This document shows positions 1-12,718 of a stretch of 64,000 bases of DNA, one piece after another. The stretch's first letter is position 1; each line of letters starts with the position of its first letter. The DNA is from Ruditapes philippinarum. Lineage: Eukaryota. The notes beneath the pieces were generated by a model. The model did no database searches, was not told the DNA's origin, and was given only the letters and a program-made list of their open reading frames with translations. The position numbers were made by a program, and so were the translations under genes. The DNA lies in contig NW_026857508.1 in the NCBI RefSeq assembly GCF_026571515.1, positions 62,001 to 126,000 on the forward strand, in the 5' to 3' direction.

Positions 1-216
1 AGTGAACGAATGATCTGAAATTTTGGACACAATTTAATTTTTGTTCTACACCTACATCAAATGGAACAGAAATCTTGAAAAATTATTTCCTGTCCCGTCA
101 TGTCAAAAACCTCAGTGGAGTCCTTTTAAAAAGAATGTTGAATTCCATCAAAAAATTAATATGTATCATATTTTTCTGTAACTATAATTATATTCTATTT
201 TTTTCATGCATTTCAG

Positions 217-493
217 GTATCGCTTCTTGAGAAGTCAGGATCGTGAGTTGAACAAAGACAGGTACCCACTTCTGAACTACCCCGAAATATATTTACTCGA
301 CAGTGGATACAAGGCGTTCTTCTATAAATTTCAAGACTTGTGCGATCCAATCAGCTACAAACCAATGCTGCACGAGGACCATGCCTCCGATTTACGTCAT
401 TTCCGGGTCAAGTCTAAATCTTGGACGGCTGGAGAGAAACAGAAGACTAGCAGACGATCAAGAAGTAGACTTTCCTATGCAATAGACATTTAA
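217..493 (+). CDS. cdc25: Terminal coding exon of Cdc25 (M-phase inducer phosphatase), C-terminal part of the rhodanese-fold catalytic domain
   Basis: Acceptor tttcag at 211-216. Translation YRFLRSQDRELNKDRYPLLNYPEIYLLDSGYKAFF..CDPISYKPMLH..FRVKSKSW matches the Cdc25 signature DR..N.YP.L.YPE.Y.L.GGY..FF..CEP..Y.PM. Stop TAA at 491-493. Confidence 0.93.
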
Positions 494-500
494 CTATCCA

Positions 501-618
501 AATAAATATGACAAACCTAAGTGCTTTCATTTGTAATGTGCTACTGTTATTGTTTTACTTGTTAAGAATTTTGAAATAAATTAAAAGAAAATGTTTTGTT
601 ATATATGTTTTGTAATAA
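501..618 (+). terminator. Candidate polyadenylation signals of cdc25
   Basis: AATAAA at 501-506, 575-580 and 613-618 downstream of the stop, with T/GT-rich sequence nearby. Confidence 0.5.
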
Positions 619-710
619 AAGCGTCAAATCCTTGGTAATTGAACGCTTGCCCCTTTATAAACCGACTTCAATCAAAATTTGGCTCTTTTGGAACAGAATT
701 AATTCATTGT

Positions 711-870
711 TGACATTGGAACTTGCATAATTCTTGATTCCATCTTGCTTGATGACATTGGAACTTGCATTATGCTTGATTCCATCTTGCTATAAATGAC
801 ATTTGAACTTGCATTATGCTTGATTCCATCTTGATTATGATATTTAAACTTTGCATTAAGCTGCATTCCA
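711..870. repeat. Minisatellite, ~42-45 bp unit, ~3.5 copies
   Basis: Repeated tgacattggaacttgcattatgcttgattccatcttg. Confidence 0.85.
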
Positions 871-906
871 TTTTCATAATTTCATTCAAACTTTCGTAGT
901 GACTAA

Positions 907-1372
907 GGCCCGTATTCAGAATCGATACTTACACTCACACCCATTAAGTAAATCCCATATAATTGCATAACGGTCAAGGCAGTCCTAAACCTTTCAGTAA
1001 AGTGGTATTCAGATTATAAAGAAAGTGTCGAGTGAACTCATAGGAAGTTGAGAATCTGTGAGATGTGGAGGGGGCTACCTTGAGGTAGTACTTAATACCA
1101 CTTAGTTTTGAGTATTGATTTTGAATTAATTTCGTCCCATATACGTGCAACATATGCGCGAACTGACAGTATTTGAGGAAATAAATGTTGACAAACAGAT
1201 ACTTAGGGATAGAGATGATCCCATTAAATTTATGTCAGAAGTTGAATTTTATCAGAAATTTCGAATTTTGAAGGAGTTTGCACAATTTATATACGGAATG
1301 ATACAAGTAGTATGTACCATTAAGAGTGTATTCAGCTCACGGGATATCAGAGCTTATGCCAAAAAGAAGTGA
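907..1372 (+). mobile_element. PIF/Harbinger transposon relic (5' end and N-terminal nuclease fragment)
   Basis: TAA (904-906) followed by GGCCCGTATTCAG, a Harbinger-style TSD and terminus. ORF 1145-1372 contains RDRDDPIKFMSEVEFYQKFRI, resembling the HARBI1-type N-terminus (RDR..Pl...sd.eF..rFR). No 3' end seen. Confidence 0.55.
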
Positions 1373-1504
1373 AATTATATGATTTCAAGTTGGAAATTTC
1401 TTGAATTTCCTTTTATCCATGAAAATAACTGTTCCTATGATTGTCAAATTCTGAACTTGTCGTATGCGTCTTAATATAGGCATATATAAATTTATGTTAC
1501 AAAT

Positions 1505-2207
1505 TCGTCATATTTCACATGGTGATCGGTATAATAACTAGTAGATGACCCCTATTAATTTTGGGGTCAAAGGTAAAGGTCACAGGGGCCTTAAATGTCA
1601 GAATGGTTTCTGCTCTTCTTGGTTACAATTCATCACAAAGTCTTCATATTTCACATATTGATTAGTCATAACTAGTAGATGACCCCTATTGATTTTTGGG
1701 TCACTAGGTCAAAGGTCAAGGTTACAGGGGCCTTAAATGGTAAAATGATTTCCGCTTATTATCTTGGTTACTATTTATCACAGTCTTCATGTTTCACATA
1801 TTGATTGGTCATAACCTGTAGATGACCCCTATTGATTATGGGGTCACTAGGTTAAAGGTCAATGTCACAGGGGCCTGAAATGTTCAAATGGTTTACGCTG
1901 ATTATCCTGAAAAGTATTCATCACAGAGTCTTCATATTTCACATATTGATTGGGATTTGGGATCACCAGGTCAAAAGTCAAGGTTACGAGTCTTTGAATG
2001 GTAGTATGATTGCCTTTGGGGTTACTAATTCAAAGGTCAAGGTCACAATGGCCTTAAATGTTAGAATGGTTTCCGCTTATTATCTTGAAAACTATCACAA
2101 AGTCTTCATATATCACATACTGATTGGTCATAACTAGTATGTGACCCTTATTGATTTTAGGGTCAAAGGTCAAAGTCACAGGGTTCTTGAATGTTAGTAT
2201 GGTTTTG
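1505..2207. repeat. Short satellite array, ~135-145 bp unit, ~4.5 copies (GGTCAAAGGTCAAGGTCAC-type bivalve repeat)
   Basis: agatgacccctatt recurs at 1543, 1677, 1820 and ~2138. Units share tcttcatatttcacatattgattggtcataac and ggtcaaaggtcaaggtcac. Confidence 0.85.
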
Positions 2208-2354
2208 CTTTATACATTATCACAATAGTAAACTTGAGTGTGTGTGTGTGTGTTTGAGTTTGTTTACCCTCGCCACCGGAAAGAGACCATTGGCGAGGGT
2301 AAACAAACTCAAACACACACACACTCAAGTTTATTATTGTGATAATGTATAAAG
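2208..2354. repeat. Near-perfect long inverted repeat (64-68 bp arms, 15 bp spacer)
   Basis: 2208-2275 is the reverse complement of 2291-2354, apart from one mismatch and the (GT)n length. Confidence 0.95.
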
Positions 2355-3299
2355 GGACTTCCAAAATAGTTATAAATCAGAGCGGGCGCTGTGGTGCAGT
2401 GGTAACACTGTCTGACTTCAAATCTTAGTAAACTTGAAAGTGAGTAATGCAATTTAATTTTCACACCTAAATAGTTAAGATAGCTGTTAGCTTTAAAGTG
2501 TTTTACAATGGCTGACATTCGTATCCTTGCTCGAGGGGTTATGATAAAGGACTTTACAAAAAACGAGTAGTAAAAAGAAAATAAGTAAGACTGTTGACAG
2601 GCAATAAAAAACATGCAAGAAAAAAACATGTTTCGTTTAATAGAGTCGCAGTTCTAATATTGACAGTTATTAAGCGAAATTAATACTTGTTGTTATTGAG
2701 AGACAAGTCTTTTTTATCTAATTTTCACATGTTAAAGATAACACTGTTAGTGGAAATTAGGTGAAAAAAGTATGTTAAAGCAGCAAAACTCCAGCCTCAT
2801 ACTAATTTTTATGAACATTTTATAACTTTAATGTGAATTAAAGGTAAAATATTTTGGAGTGAACAAAGAAAGTAATTTACATATTGCAAAGAACACTTTC
2901 AATCCACGTAAAATACCAAATAAATTTCAAAATATGCTAAAAAAAAAACAAACAAAAAAACAAAAGAAACAAACCAAATATATGGCACGTTAAAAATGTA
3001 AACGTCATCGTTACTTCCACAGGAGCACAGCGCAGTATATATTTTAAAAACACTTTTTGTCTCGGTTTGTGTTGTGTTAATGGCATTGAAATGAAATTTT
3101 TTTGACATTTCAAAATAATTTTTAAATGTTCATTTTAAACTTAAATACCATAATACGTGCAAAATATATGAAAACAAAATGAACAACTTAAAAAAATAAT
3201 AGCTACAAATAATGTTGAAAATTACGGAACACCTGAAGTGACATTTTCCACATTTTCTCCCTGAATTGAATACGTTTTCACGAGATAATAATTCCCAAT

Positions 3300-3502
3300 T
3301 AGAAATATTATTTCGTTTTAACGAAATATAAAAATCTTAATTACGAAATATTGATTCGTTATTACGAAATATCATTTCGTAATTACGAAATATTATTTCG
3401 TTACTACGAAATATTATTTCGTAATTACGAAATATTAATTCGTTACTACGAAGTATTATTTCGTAATTACGAAATATTAATTTGTTATTACGAAATATTT
3501 AT
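3300..3502. repeat. 21-bp tandem repeat built on the palindrome TTTCGTAATTACGAAA, ~9 copies
   Basis: Repeated ttatttcgt(a/t)a(t/c)tacgaaata. Confidence 0.92.
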
Positions 3503-4213
3503 TCTTTGGATATATTTATAAACTAAGTTTATTGTTTGATATAAGTCAAGTAAACAAAACAAGTGATTTTTTTCGATCTTAGTATTATACCTTAACGCGC
3601 GAGTAAAACAGTAATGTATATACTGTTAATTGAGCCATAAGGCTTATAATCGCTATATTTGGTAGCCAATCTCATTAAAATTTGATCATATTGAATAGTC
3701 ATTTGATTTTGACAAGAAAACTTAATTGCATAATATTGTACCATAGTTTTAGGCCTATTTTAGTATTTTTAAGCGGCCATTTTGAATTGACCTTTTGCAG
3801 GTCAAGGTCAATTTTATTTTCTTGGTATCCTCTTTCATCGTCTTCATCATACCCATATTAGGTTAAAACACTCAAGATATTCCTTGTGCTATAAATGCCT
3901 CTAGCATTCATATTTTCTTAAAATCAGTCCTGTCTAGATGGATGGTTGGACTTTTTCTCCTACTAAAATTGTTGTTTTTATTATTAAAATAAGCGATCAT
4001 TCATATTTTTTAATAAAATGAATAATATCATCGCCATTTAACGTTGATTGTCGAACTTATTTTTCAGCCCAAGACTTCTGGTATTTTATTAGAAATTCGA
4101 CTAATACATGTACATAAAAGAGGCTACCAGTGGGGAAAACAGATTTTAATATTAAAGTCAATATCAAGGACATTTCGTTTTAACTTATTTTTGAGCATAA
4201 AATAAAAAAGAAA

Positions 4214-4353
4214 ATTTGTTTGTTTGTTGTGTCAGATGTAATTTTATTTCATCTCATGAACTTTAAAAACAGTATTCTCACTCGTTGCCACGCCACTGTT
4301 TTTAAAGCCCAATCGATGAAATAAAATTCCATCTTACACACAAACAAACAAAT
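4214..4353. mobile_element. Small foldback/MITE-like element
   Basis: atttgtttgtttgttgtgtcagatg..ttttatttcatc is mirrored by gatgaaataaaatt..catcttacacacaaacaaacaaat, and tttaaaaacagt by actgtttttaaa. Confidence 0.6.
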
Positions 4354-5859
4354 GTCCTCCACATACTCCATATTAACTCAACGAAATCGAAGTGTAATCT
4401 TATATTTCAATGAGTGCTGTAATGTATTCATAATTGACAGGTCAATAAAATAAGACTATACAAAATAAGCAATAAGGCTGTGTATACAAACAAATGAACT
4501 ATTGTTGTTCCAACATGCAAAAGCGGGATAAAGTATGCGCAAAATCATCACAAAATCTTTTTTCAAGGCGACATGTGACACATTATACAATTTATCTATA
4601 AAATATAAGATACCACCTTTGTTAAGCCTTTTCTCCAGAAACTAACTAAAGACATAATAATTACATAATTGCACGTGTTTAAAAAAAACGAATTAAGGCA
4701 CTACAAAATTTTAAGAATATAAGCTTGTAATATATTTATCCTACTTAAAACATTATCAAAACTCCTTGTATAACCCAAATATCTACGACATCTTGGCTCT
4801 ATCTCAATCTATGAAAGTTGTTTTCTGTCAATTTTCTGTACCTCAGGTTTATATATAAAATGTGTTAATTGAGTGTTGAGCAAACTAGTTTAAAAATATC
4901 CAACTAAGAAATTTACAAATCCTAATTTTTTGAATGGTTACAACAACATTTCTGTCCCATTCTTTTATAAATTTGTCACTTGCTGAAATGTTAATTAATA
5001 AAGAGACGTTTTTCAGCACATTGTGAACATTACACATGCATGTATGCTGCATGTAGTTTTTTGTGTGTTGTTTTGTTTGTATTTGTTGTTTTCTGCCGAA
5101 AATAATAGCTGCATAATTCATTTTTTAGATTCAATTATAACTGCATTAAGGTATACGATGGATAATCGATAATATTAAAAAGTCATCTTAAACTTAGAAG
5201 TGTATACTTTATCACATTCTTAACAAAATTACAGAAAACAACAAATGTTTACCATCTTGTTTAAAAAAAGTGACTATTTAATTTGAAATTTAAAGTTAAA
5301 GTTAAAAACAACAACAACAATAACAACACCATATTTTCATCGAGTCATAAAATGTCTGAAACAGGGAGAATAATGCGTGTGCTTGCTAACCAATGGCAGG
5401 TCTCGAAAATTTTGGAATTCAGTCACGGTTTGAGAAAATTCTACAAGAAGATTATCACATCATTTGATATACATTAGAATTCCAAGTACCCTCCAATAAA
5501 TTTCCAGGATATCTTAAAGTTACAGCAAAGTTATCTATAAAAATATTACTTGTAAGAAATAGAGTAATATTTTCTTTGACCATATATAATAGTCACGTGG
5601 GTTGGCTACATAGTAGAGGTGTTAAAATATAATTGTATTATACGCTTTGTTAGACATTGAAATAGTATTTAATGTATAAAGGATTTTCAAAAATGGTTAT
5701 TATTCAGAGCGGGCGCTATGGTGCAGTGGTAACACTGTCTGCCTACAAATCAAGGGGTCCGTCGTTTTGAGTTCTTTTTTTTTTTTTTCGATCCCCCCGC
5801 TTACTCCACTGAACGAATAAATGACTAGAAGACTGACAAAACCAGGACATAGACACAGA

Positions 5860-6635
5860 ATGACGGCAACGATAGAAACAAGAGAAGACCTTAACGGACC
5901 AGGAAACAAGTACCGAAAGTACAAGACCGAAGACGACGACCGATAACAGAAAGAAGAAAGGAGACAAGAGCTGACAACAAACGGGCAGAGACGAGGACTG
6001 CTAACAGAAGAACAGATACAGAGACCGATAACAGAAGAACTGACAACAAGCGAACATAGACGTCCACCGATAACAGAAGAACAGAGACAGGGCCCGATAA
6101 CAGAAAAAACTGACAACAAGCGAACAGAGAAAGGACCGATAACAGAAGAACTGACAACAAGCTAACAGAGACGTTAACAAATAACAGAAAACGAGGACTG
6201 ATGAATGGAGACGGGGATCGATAACAGAGACGGAAACCGATGACAACAAGAAAACGGCCAGGACTGATTACAGAGGAAAAGAACCGATGACAGAAGAACG
6301 AAGAAGAACGAAGACAAGAACCGACGACAGAAGAACTGTCAACAAGACAACGGAGACGAGGTGTGATAACAGAAAAATAGAGAAAGGACTGATGACAAAA
6401 GAATGAAGACGGGAACCGATGACACAAATTGACAACAAGAAAACGGACTGATTACAGAACCACTGATTACAGAACCGATGACAGAACATCTAACAACAAA
6501 AGAACTGAGATCAGAGCCAATTACAGAAGAATAGAGACGAGAACGAATGACAGAAGAACGGAGAAGAACGAAGACGAGAACCGATAACAGAAGAACGTAG
6601 GCGACGACCGATAACAGAAAAACGAACACCAAAAC
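5860..6635 (+). repeat. Purine-rich modular minisatellite (core ACCGAT(A/G)ACAGAAGAAC, >20 units)
   Basis: Core recurs with variable linkers (TGACAACAAG, GAGACGAGG). This repeat produces the S/V/L/F/C-rich minus-strand ORFs in the track. Confidence 0.9.
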
Positions 6636-7194
6636 CCAAGTTTACTCAGAGAAAGTCCTTTTAATTAATGTATATTTTGCATGCATACGTTTTAACCCCC
6701 TCACACATACGCATATCTGAGTAGAGAGCTCTATCTAGCAGATAGGATAGAAAAGAGTTTTGTGTTCGCTGCGTAAATGCCTTAAAATTTTCAGTACTAT
6801 CTTTAATATTACTTCTCTATTACTATCATATTGGCCTATAGAATAATGTCTTCCATCTTGAATTTTTCGGCCATATTGGATTGTTTTGTTTACATGTTTA
6901 TTTTAATTCTGTTTTGGTGTCTAATTTGTTTTCAGGCTTTTTCTTTCCTTAGAAGTTTTATTTGATATATCATCAATTTATGATAAAGAAATTTGGCGCC
7001 ATTTGAGTGGTCATTTTAAATGGGTCATTTCAATGGTCGAAGATCAAGTTTTTCAATTTGGTATTCACCTTTACATCGGATTCAGCATAACCTTAAACTA
7101 CGGTAAAATACACCAAAGATACCACTTGTACTACAAAATGCCCTCTAGCATTCTTATAGGGAGCCAAATTCTCAAAAATTAGTCTTGTGTTTTA

Positions 7195-8195
7195 GATGAA
7201 TTCTACCAAATGGTATTACCCCGCTTTCTACGTTTTGAACCAAGGTACACAGTTGGTTATTCGCGTGAATCCTCAGCTACCTACCAGGTAGTAATTGGTA
7301 ATTTGGATATTGCATGGATATTAACGGTTAACAAATGTGACGGTTATATAACAAGATATGTGTTTCCATAATATGGTCACACCCCTTTACCATACATCGA
7401 CCAAGGCACACAGTTGGTTATTCGCTTGAATCCACAACTACCTATCAGAAGGTAGTTGGCAACTCGAACTTTGCATGCTTACCCATAATAACAGAAAGTG
7501 TTTTTTCCAGAATAAATATGACGGGTTGAAAGCAAGATAGATGTATTCTTCAACATTGAAAACCCCCGTCTCCCTCTGCATCCAGGGGACACAGTTGGTT
7601 TTTCGTTTGTTTACAAAACTACATACTTGAAGGTAGTTGGTAATTCGGATATTGCATATATTCCTCCGAAAACAAAGTATTTTTTTCTGAAACAAATGTT
7701 ACCGTTCTATAACTAAATATGTGTTTTCTATATGTATAGTATGGTAACACACCCTTCACTATAAATCGACTTGGGAACTCAGTTGGTTATTAGCTTGAAT
7801 CCCAAACTGCCAACCAGAAGGTAGTTGGTTATTCGAACTTCTGGTAGGTAGTCACTAAAAATAGAAAAGAAAATCACAAAAAACCAGATATATGACAAGA
7901 TAGATGAATTCTACCAAATGGTATCACCCACGCCTCCCTACGTCGACCAGGGGACTCTGGTGGTTATTTGTGTGAGTCCCCAACTACCTACCACAAAGGA
8001 GTTGGTAATTCGAACTTTTGCTGTTAGATAGTTTGGTATTCGCGCGATAATCAACTAGGTTCCCTCCTTTATTCTGTGTTTAAAAATGTATGATGTGTTC
8101 TAACATTTCATGCTGGTGATAGTGGATTGAATTGCCAACTACCAGCTGTTGAATAGTTGGAAATTACGAATAACCAACTATCAGCTACCTACCAA
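7195..8195. repeat. Imperfect tandem repeat, ~160-190 bp unit, 5 copies in alternating A/B pattern with inverted terminal pieces
   Basis: ccaagg.acacagttggttattcgc..caactacctacca..ggtagttggtaattcg units at ~7240, 7401, 7582, 7770 and 7946. Confidence 0.8.
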
Positions 8196-10352
8196 ATTGA
8201 CGCTCATTCATTTTTGTATCTTTAAAAGGACTCCACTGAGGTTTTTTGACATGATGGTACTGAATATGTGTTTTGGAAAGTGTCCGCATAAATACCTAAG
8301 TTTTATTTTTAATGACATGCAGAAATAAACGCAAGATTCATGTAAAGTTCTTGCCTCCCTTTTTGAAATGTATGCTTTGAAAAACATGTACGTAACGATT
8401 TTATGTTTTAGCGTACGTAACGTTTAACTTTTTATTTCTAATGGGTCTTTTAAGTGTTCTCCTTTGAAAATGGCTTTAGGTAGAAACTATTAGTAACCGG
8501 ATAGCATATATGGACATTCTAAAACTAATAACAATTGCAATGCATATCAAAAGAAAAAAGAAGAAGAAAACAAACTTAATAAATAATAAAATATAAATAT
8601 AACAAGGGTAAACATTTTATCTAGAATCTGTTAGCAAAGTTTATATTGTCAAATGTTGTCACAATAGGGACTACGCTGGGATACCAGGCCGACCACAATT
8701 GCTATCTAAAACAACCAACAACTCAGAACAGAAAAATATATACAAATTTATTTACAATAAATGAATATTTATAAATGAAAAATGATTATATATGAAAAGT
8801 ACTATGATAAGTCACTGCACAAACAAACACTATCAACGTATCTCAGTCTATTTCTCCCGTAAAGTTTCTGTCATGATGTATCAATAAAGTGGTGGCGTTG
8901 TTAAACAAAATTCGTCACAATGGCGGGCGTCTTGTATAAAATCTTATCAAGCGTAACTGTACTTCCTACAGTGTTGGCACAGTTGATAGGATCCTGAACA
9001 AGGGCATGCGTCACCCTTTAGCCATGGACATTACGTGTGGAGGGCCCGTGTCATCTTCGGGTGTGTCCTCAAATAAGAAGCTACAAAGTATAAAACATGA
9101 TAAGTTCCATGATAATCAAACATAAGGGTAAATATAAAGTCCCTTGGAAAAGACTCGACCTTTGTCGGTTTCCAATAAAATAACGTGCTTCTTTGGATAA
9201 ACAAAATGTCCACTATAGTACACCATACATTCCGTGGAACAAAACTTCAATCACATCCGCATAATACTGCGTTTCAAATATATTCAAATATACGCCACAT
9301 AATAACCACCAATAAATAAACGTCTTCCAAAATCATGCCACTGAAGATCCTTCTCTAGAGATACGTTAGTTTTGATACGTTGTATTTACTTATAACAAAA
9401 ACTGATGATAAATGAAATGAAGTAAGATGATAACGTAAATTAAATTGATTGAAACAAATCATTACGATACTGCAGCATTTTACATAAAGTTACACAAATA
9501 CGGTAGAACCATAATAAATTATTAATGAATAGATATATATATATCTATAAAATATTCATGGCTCCTATACAATTACAATATAATTCAATTAACATACATC
9601 AATTAACATGTCTCGGTATAAATTTGCAATAGCGAAACACTAGAATAAAAAGAGCTTTTAAAATTTAATCTGCAAAAATTTAGAAAATTTAGAAAACAAT
9701 AAATTACTGCCAAATAACTAAACCTGAATCAAATAAACTATAATTCTAATAGAAAATAGTATTTTACGAAATAGCAAAAATTTATGAAACAAAATCACTA
9801 GAAAATTAAATTTACCTTGTACAAGCTGTAATTTTACGACAAATATAATTTGTCTGTCACCGTCATAGTGACCTGTATAACGTCCAGTGCATTGCAATAT
9901 AACACTTAGAATTTAGTCAATATATAGCAAACTACTGAGTACTGAGCGGGAAAACAGATCGTGCAAAACATGAACAATCGATTTGCACGAAATAAAGCTG
10001 GGACGGCGGGAAAAATAGTTATGTGAAATAAAGGCCCGTCCTTCAAATACAGACATAATACATATATCTGGTTCATAAAACAAAAATGTAACTTTCTTAT
10101 TACTGAAAGGATTTTTGTGAAATAAACGGCAAAATGTTTAAATTGATACATGGAAATTTATGCAAACCATAAAAATACTCTAAATAATAATTTCACCCGA
10201 AAACTCTAAATTGAACAAAAGATGATGCAATCTCACATCAATGAATATAGAGTAAAAATGAGGTTCGGCGTGAAAATATAATGCAATATTTTACAAACGT
10301 ACTTTCACTTTGTGACAAATGTTTAGCCGGTCACTAAAATGTAAAGATATTT

Positions 10353-10527
10353 GAGCCGTGTCATGACAAAACCAACATAGTGCGTTTGCGACCAGCATGG
10401 ATCCAGACCAGCCTGCGCATCCGCATCCGCGCAGTCTGATCAGGATCCATGCTGTCCGCTTACAAACCCTATTACAAGTAGAGAAACTGATAGCGAACAG
10501 CATGGATTTGATCAGACTGCGTGAATG
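10353..10527. mobile_element. Truncated palindromic MITE (GACAAAACCAAC..CAGCATGGATCCAGACCAG family)
   Basis: Internal inverted repeat ggatccatgctg / cagcatggat. A fuller copy lies at 12719-12949. Confidence 0.75.
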
Positions 10528-10640
10528 CGGTGGTGCTACTAAGGTTCCTGTTCGTGCATGAAATAATACACGGAAGGGCAACTGAGGTAAAGTTGGAAGT
10601 CGCCATATGACATATACTTTGTCGGTGTGACGTAATACAA
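10528..10640 (+). mobile_element. 3' half of tRNA-derived SINE
   Basis: Matches the 3' part of the SINE at 35671-35938 (gaaataatacacggaagggca..gtcgccatatgacatatactttgtcggtgtgacgtaa). Confidence 0.8.
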
Positions 10641-11690
10641 GCACTTTTCTTTATCAAATCTTATATAAATTTGTGTTTTTTACCCACACATACTGACATA
10701 GCGGAACAGTTGTCATTCAAACGGAAGCCAGCAACCTAGATATACGAGGAGCATCTCCGACCCAATGATTTATAGTTTGAAAGCTGCCATGATTTAAGCA
10801 TCAACACGTACTACACGGAAAATATCAGTACACACATCAGCATTTTATACTTCGCATTTTTTGAGGATTTTTTTCCTGTAGCAACACATATATAGTAGAT
10901 AACAAATATGCAAATATCTTTTCTGAAGGAATTTGTTTGAGGTTGGGTCTTATTTTTGGCTAAAATGCCTAGCCTATTGAGGATTGTAACAGACAATATA
11001 TAAGTGTTGACAGATGTGTAAAAATTGACAATATATATATAAGTGTTGACAGATAAACATTAGAAAAAAACTACTAGGAAATTGGAAACTTGGATTTGTT
11101 GAAAGGCTGCCTTACGAACGCTGGGTTGTTTACTTATTATTCATTGCTTTTCAAAGTTTTCATAAAGCACGGCAGTTATAGCTCGTAGGATACTTAAATA
11201 TGCCCAAATGTCATCAAGAACAGTTTTGCATGTGGAAGGAATGTATTTTTCAGATTGTAAAAATGAAACAAAAAATTAGGAGACGATATTTTGTGATTAA
11301 TAATTTGGATGAATAGAAGTAAGTTTTCTTCTTTTTATTACTTTTGACATTTAAGTTATTTATCAATTTCATCTTTGCTTTTTGTAAAATTTGTCAGCAA
11401 AAATTAAATTGAGGTAGGGGAATAGGGAAAATCTTAAAAAAGTAGTTTCGTTATTGAAAAGTGTGAAATTACATTTTGATAATTTTCACTGTTCGCACAG
11501 CTGATGGCAATTTGTAACGTTTTAGGAGACCATGCTAGAACACGAACAGAATTATCTGGAGAGTAAATAAAAAAACTACGGTATCATTAACATGAAAAAC
11601 ACATTTTTTGAGACATTTTATTTTTTGTGATAAAACAACAACAAAAAATATAATTATATAAAAAAGCGAATAGTAATAACAAAGTATTAA

Positions 11691-12044
11691 AGCTTATGCC
11701 TCCAGATGAGTCAAAATATTTCAATAAAATCAAACTTGAAAAAATATGTACTACGATTTAGGAAACGTAAAATGATTCAAGATTAAAATAATAATTTACA
11801 TGTTATGGTTAATGACTGATTTTTTAGTATTTGCAACTATATTTCTACTGCGTTACTAACGCAAATAAGGGCTTTTATGCAATATTTTGACCCACTTTTT
11901 GGTACATTACATCGGCTTGCAAAGTGCCATTGGTAAATGTGTAAATGGCTTCCTTTGGTAATTCCACAAATTTATTACAATTCAAATTACTTTTTTCAAA
12001 AAATTTTTTTCACGGAAATTTGCATGATCTGGAGGCATGCAGCT
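11691..12044. mobile_element. Non-autonomous TIR element with TTAA TSD (Kolobok-like)
   Basis: TTAA|AGCTTATGCCTCCAGAT ... ATCTGGAGGCATGCAGCT|TTAA. The same terminus aagctgcatgcctcc recurs at ~40815. Confidence 0.65.
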
Positions 12045-12718
12045 TTAAGAAAAAGAATATTATAAAAGAAATCAATAAATAATTAAATATAAAAAAAGAA
12101 AGAAATTAAAACAAGCCCCTTCCTAGCCATTAGGGAAAGAGCCTCTTTGTCAAGTTTGGAAATTTTGAATTGTAAAGTTGCTTAAATGGGAAAAATATTT
12201 GGTACCTTGAAACGTACTTCATGCCCTTTTTAGAATATTATTTTGAAATTATCAAAATTGTTTATTCCAATGCAAATATTATTCAAAGGCATAAAAAAAA
12301 CATGAAAAATTTGAAATGAAAATCTGTTGAAACAAATGTCTGATACCAAACTGGAATGAAATTTGTCAGTTTTTATATCGGAAAAGGCTTGTAATAATAA
12401 TAATAGTATAATAATAATAATAATTATTAATAATAAATAATAAAATTTAAGGTAATTCAAATTTAAAAGAAGTGTCACTTACATAGTTTTTTTCCTGAAT
12501 ATATAAAAATAGCATAACTTATATTCAAAATGGCAAGCATAAAACCTTTGTTTTAGATAAAATTTAATATACCCGGTTTTCAAATGTTTTGGCGTTTCCG
12601 ATGATAAAGTATAACAAAAACCTATAACTTATTTACATTCCTACATCATTACAATCTCCCGATAGGGCACAAAAAAAAAACGCCCCCCACTTCGTTTAAA
12701 ATAAAAAAAGATACATAA

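Noticed and set aside
5700-6632. Six overlapping minus-strand ORFs, and a CRISPR-like look of the repeat
   Set aside because: The ORFs are translations of a low-complexity repeat. Linkers vary in length and reuse motifs, the context is eukaryotic, and no cas genes are present.
8900-9875. Possible small minus-strand exons (CPWLKGDACPCSGSYQLCQHC; GHYDGDRQ..)
   Set aside because: In-frame stops and no phase-consistent model could be built
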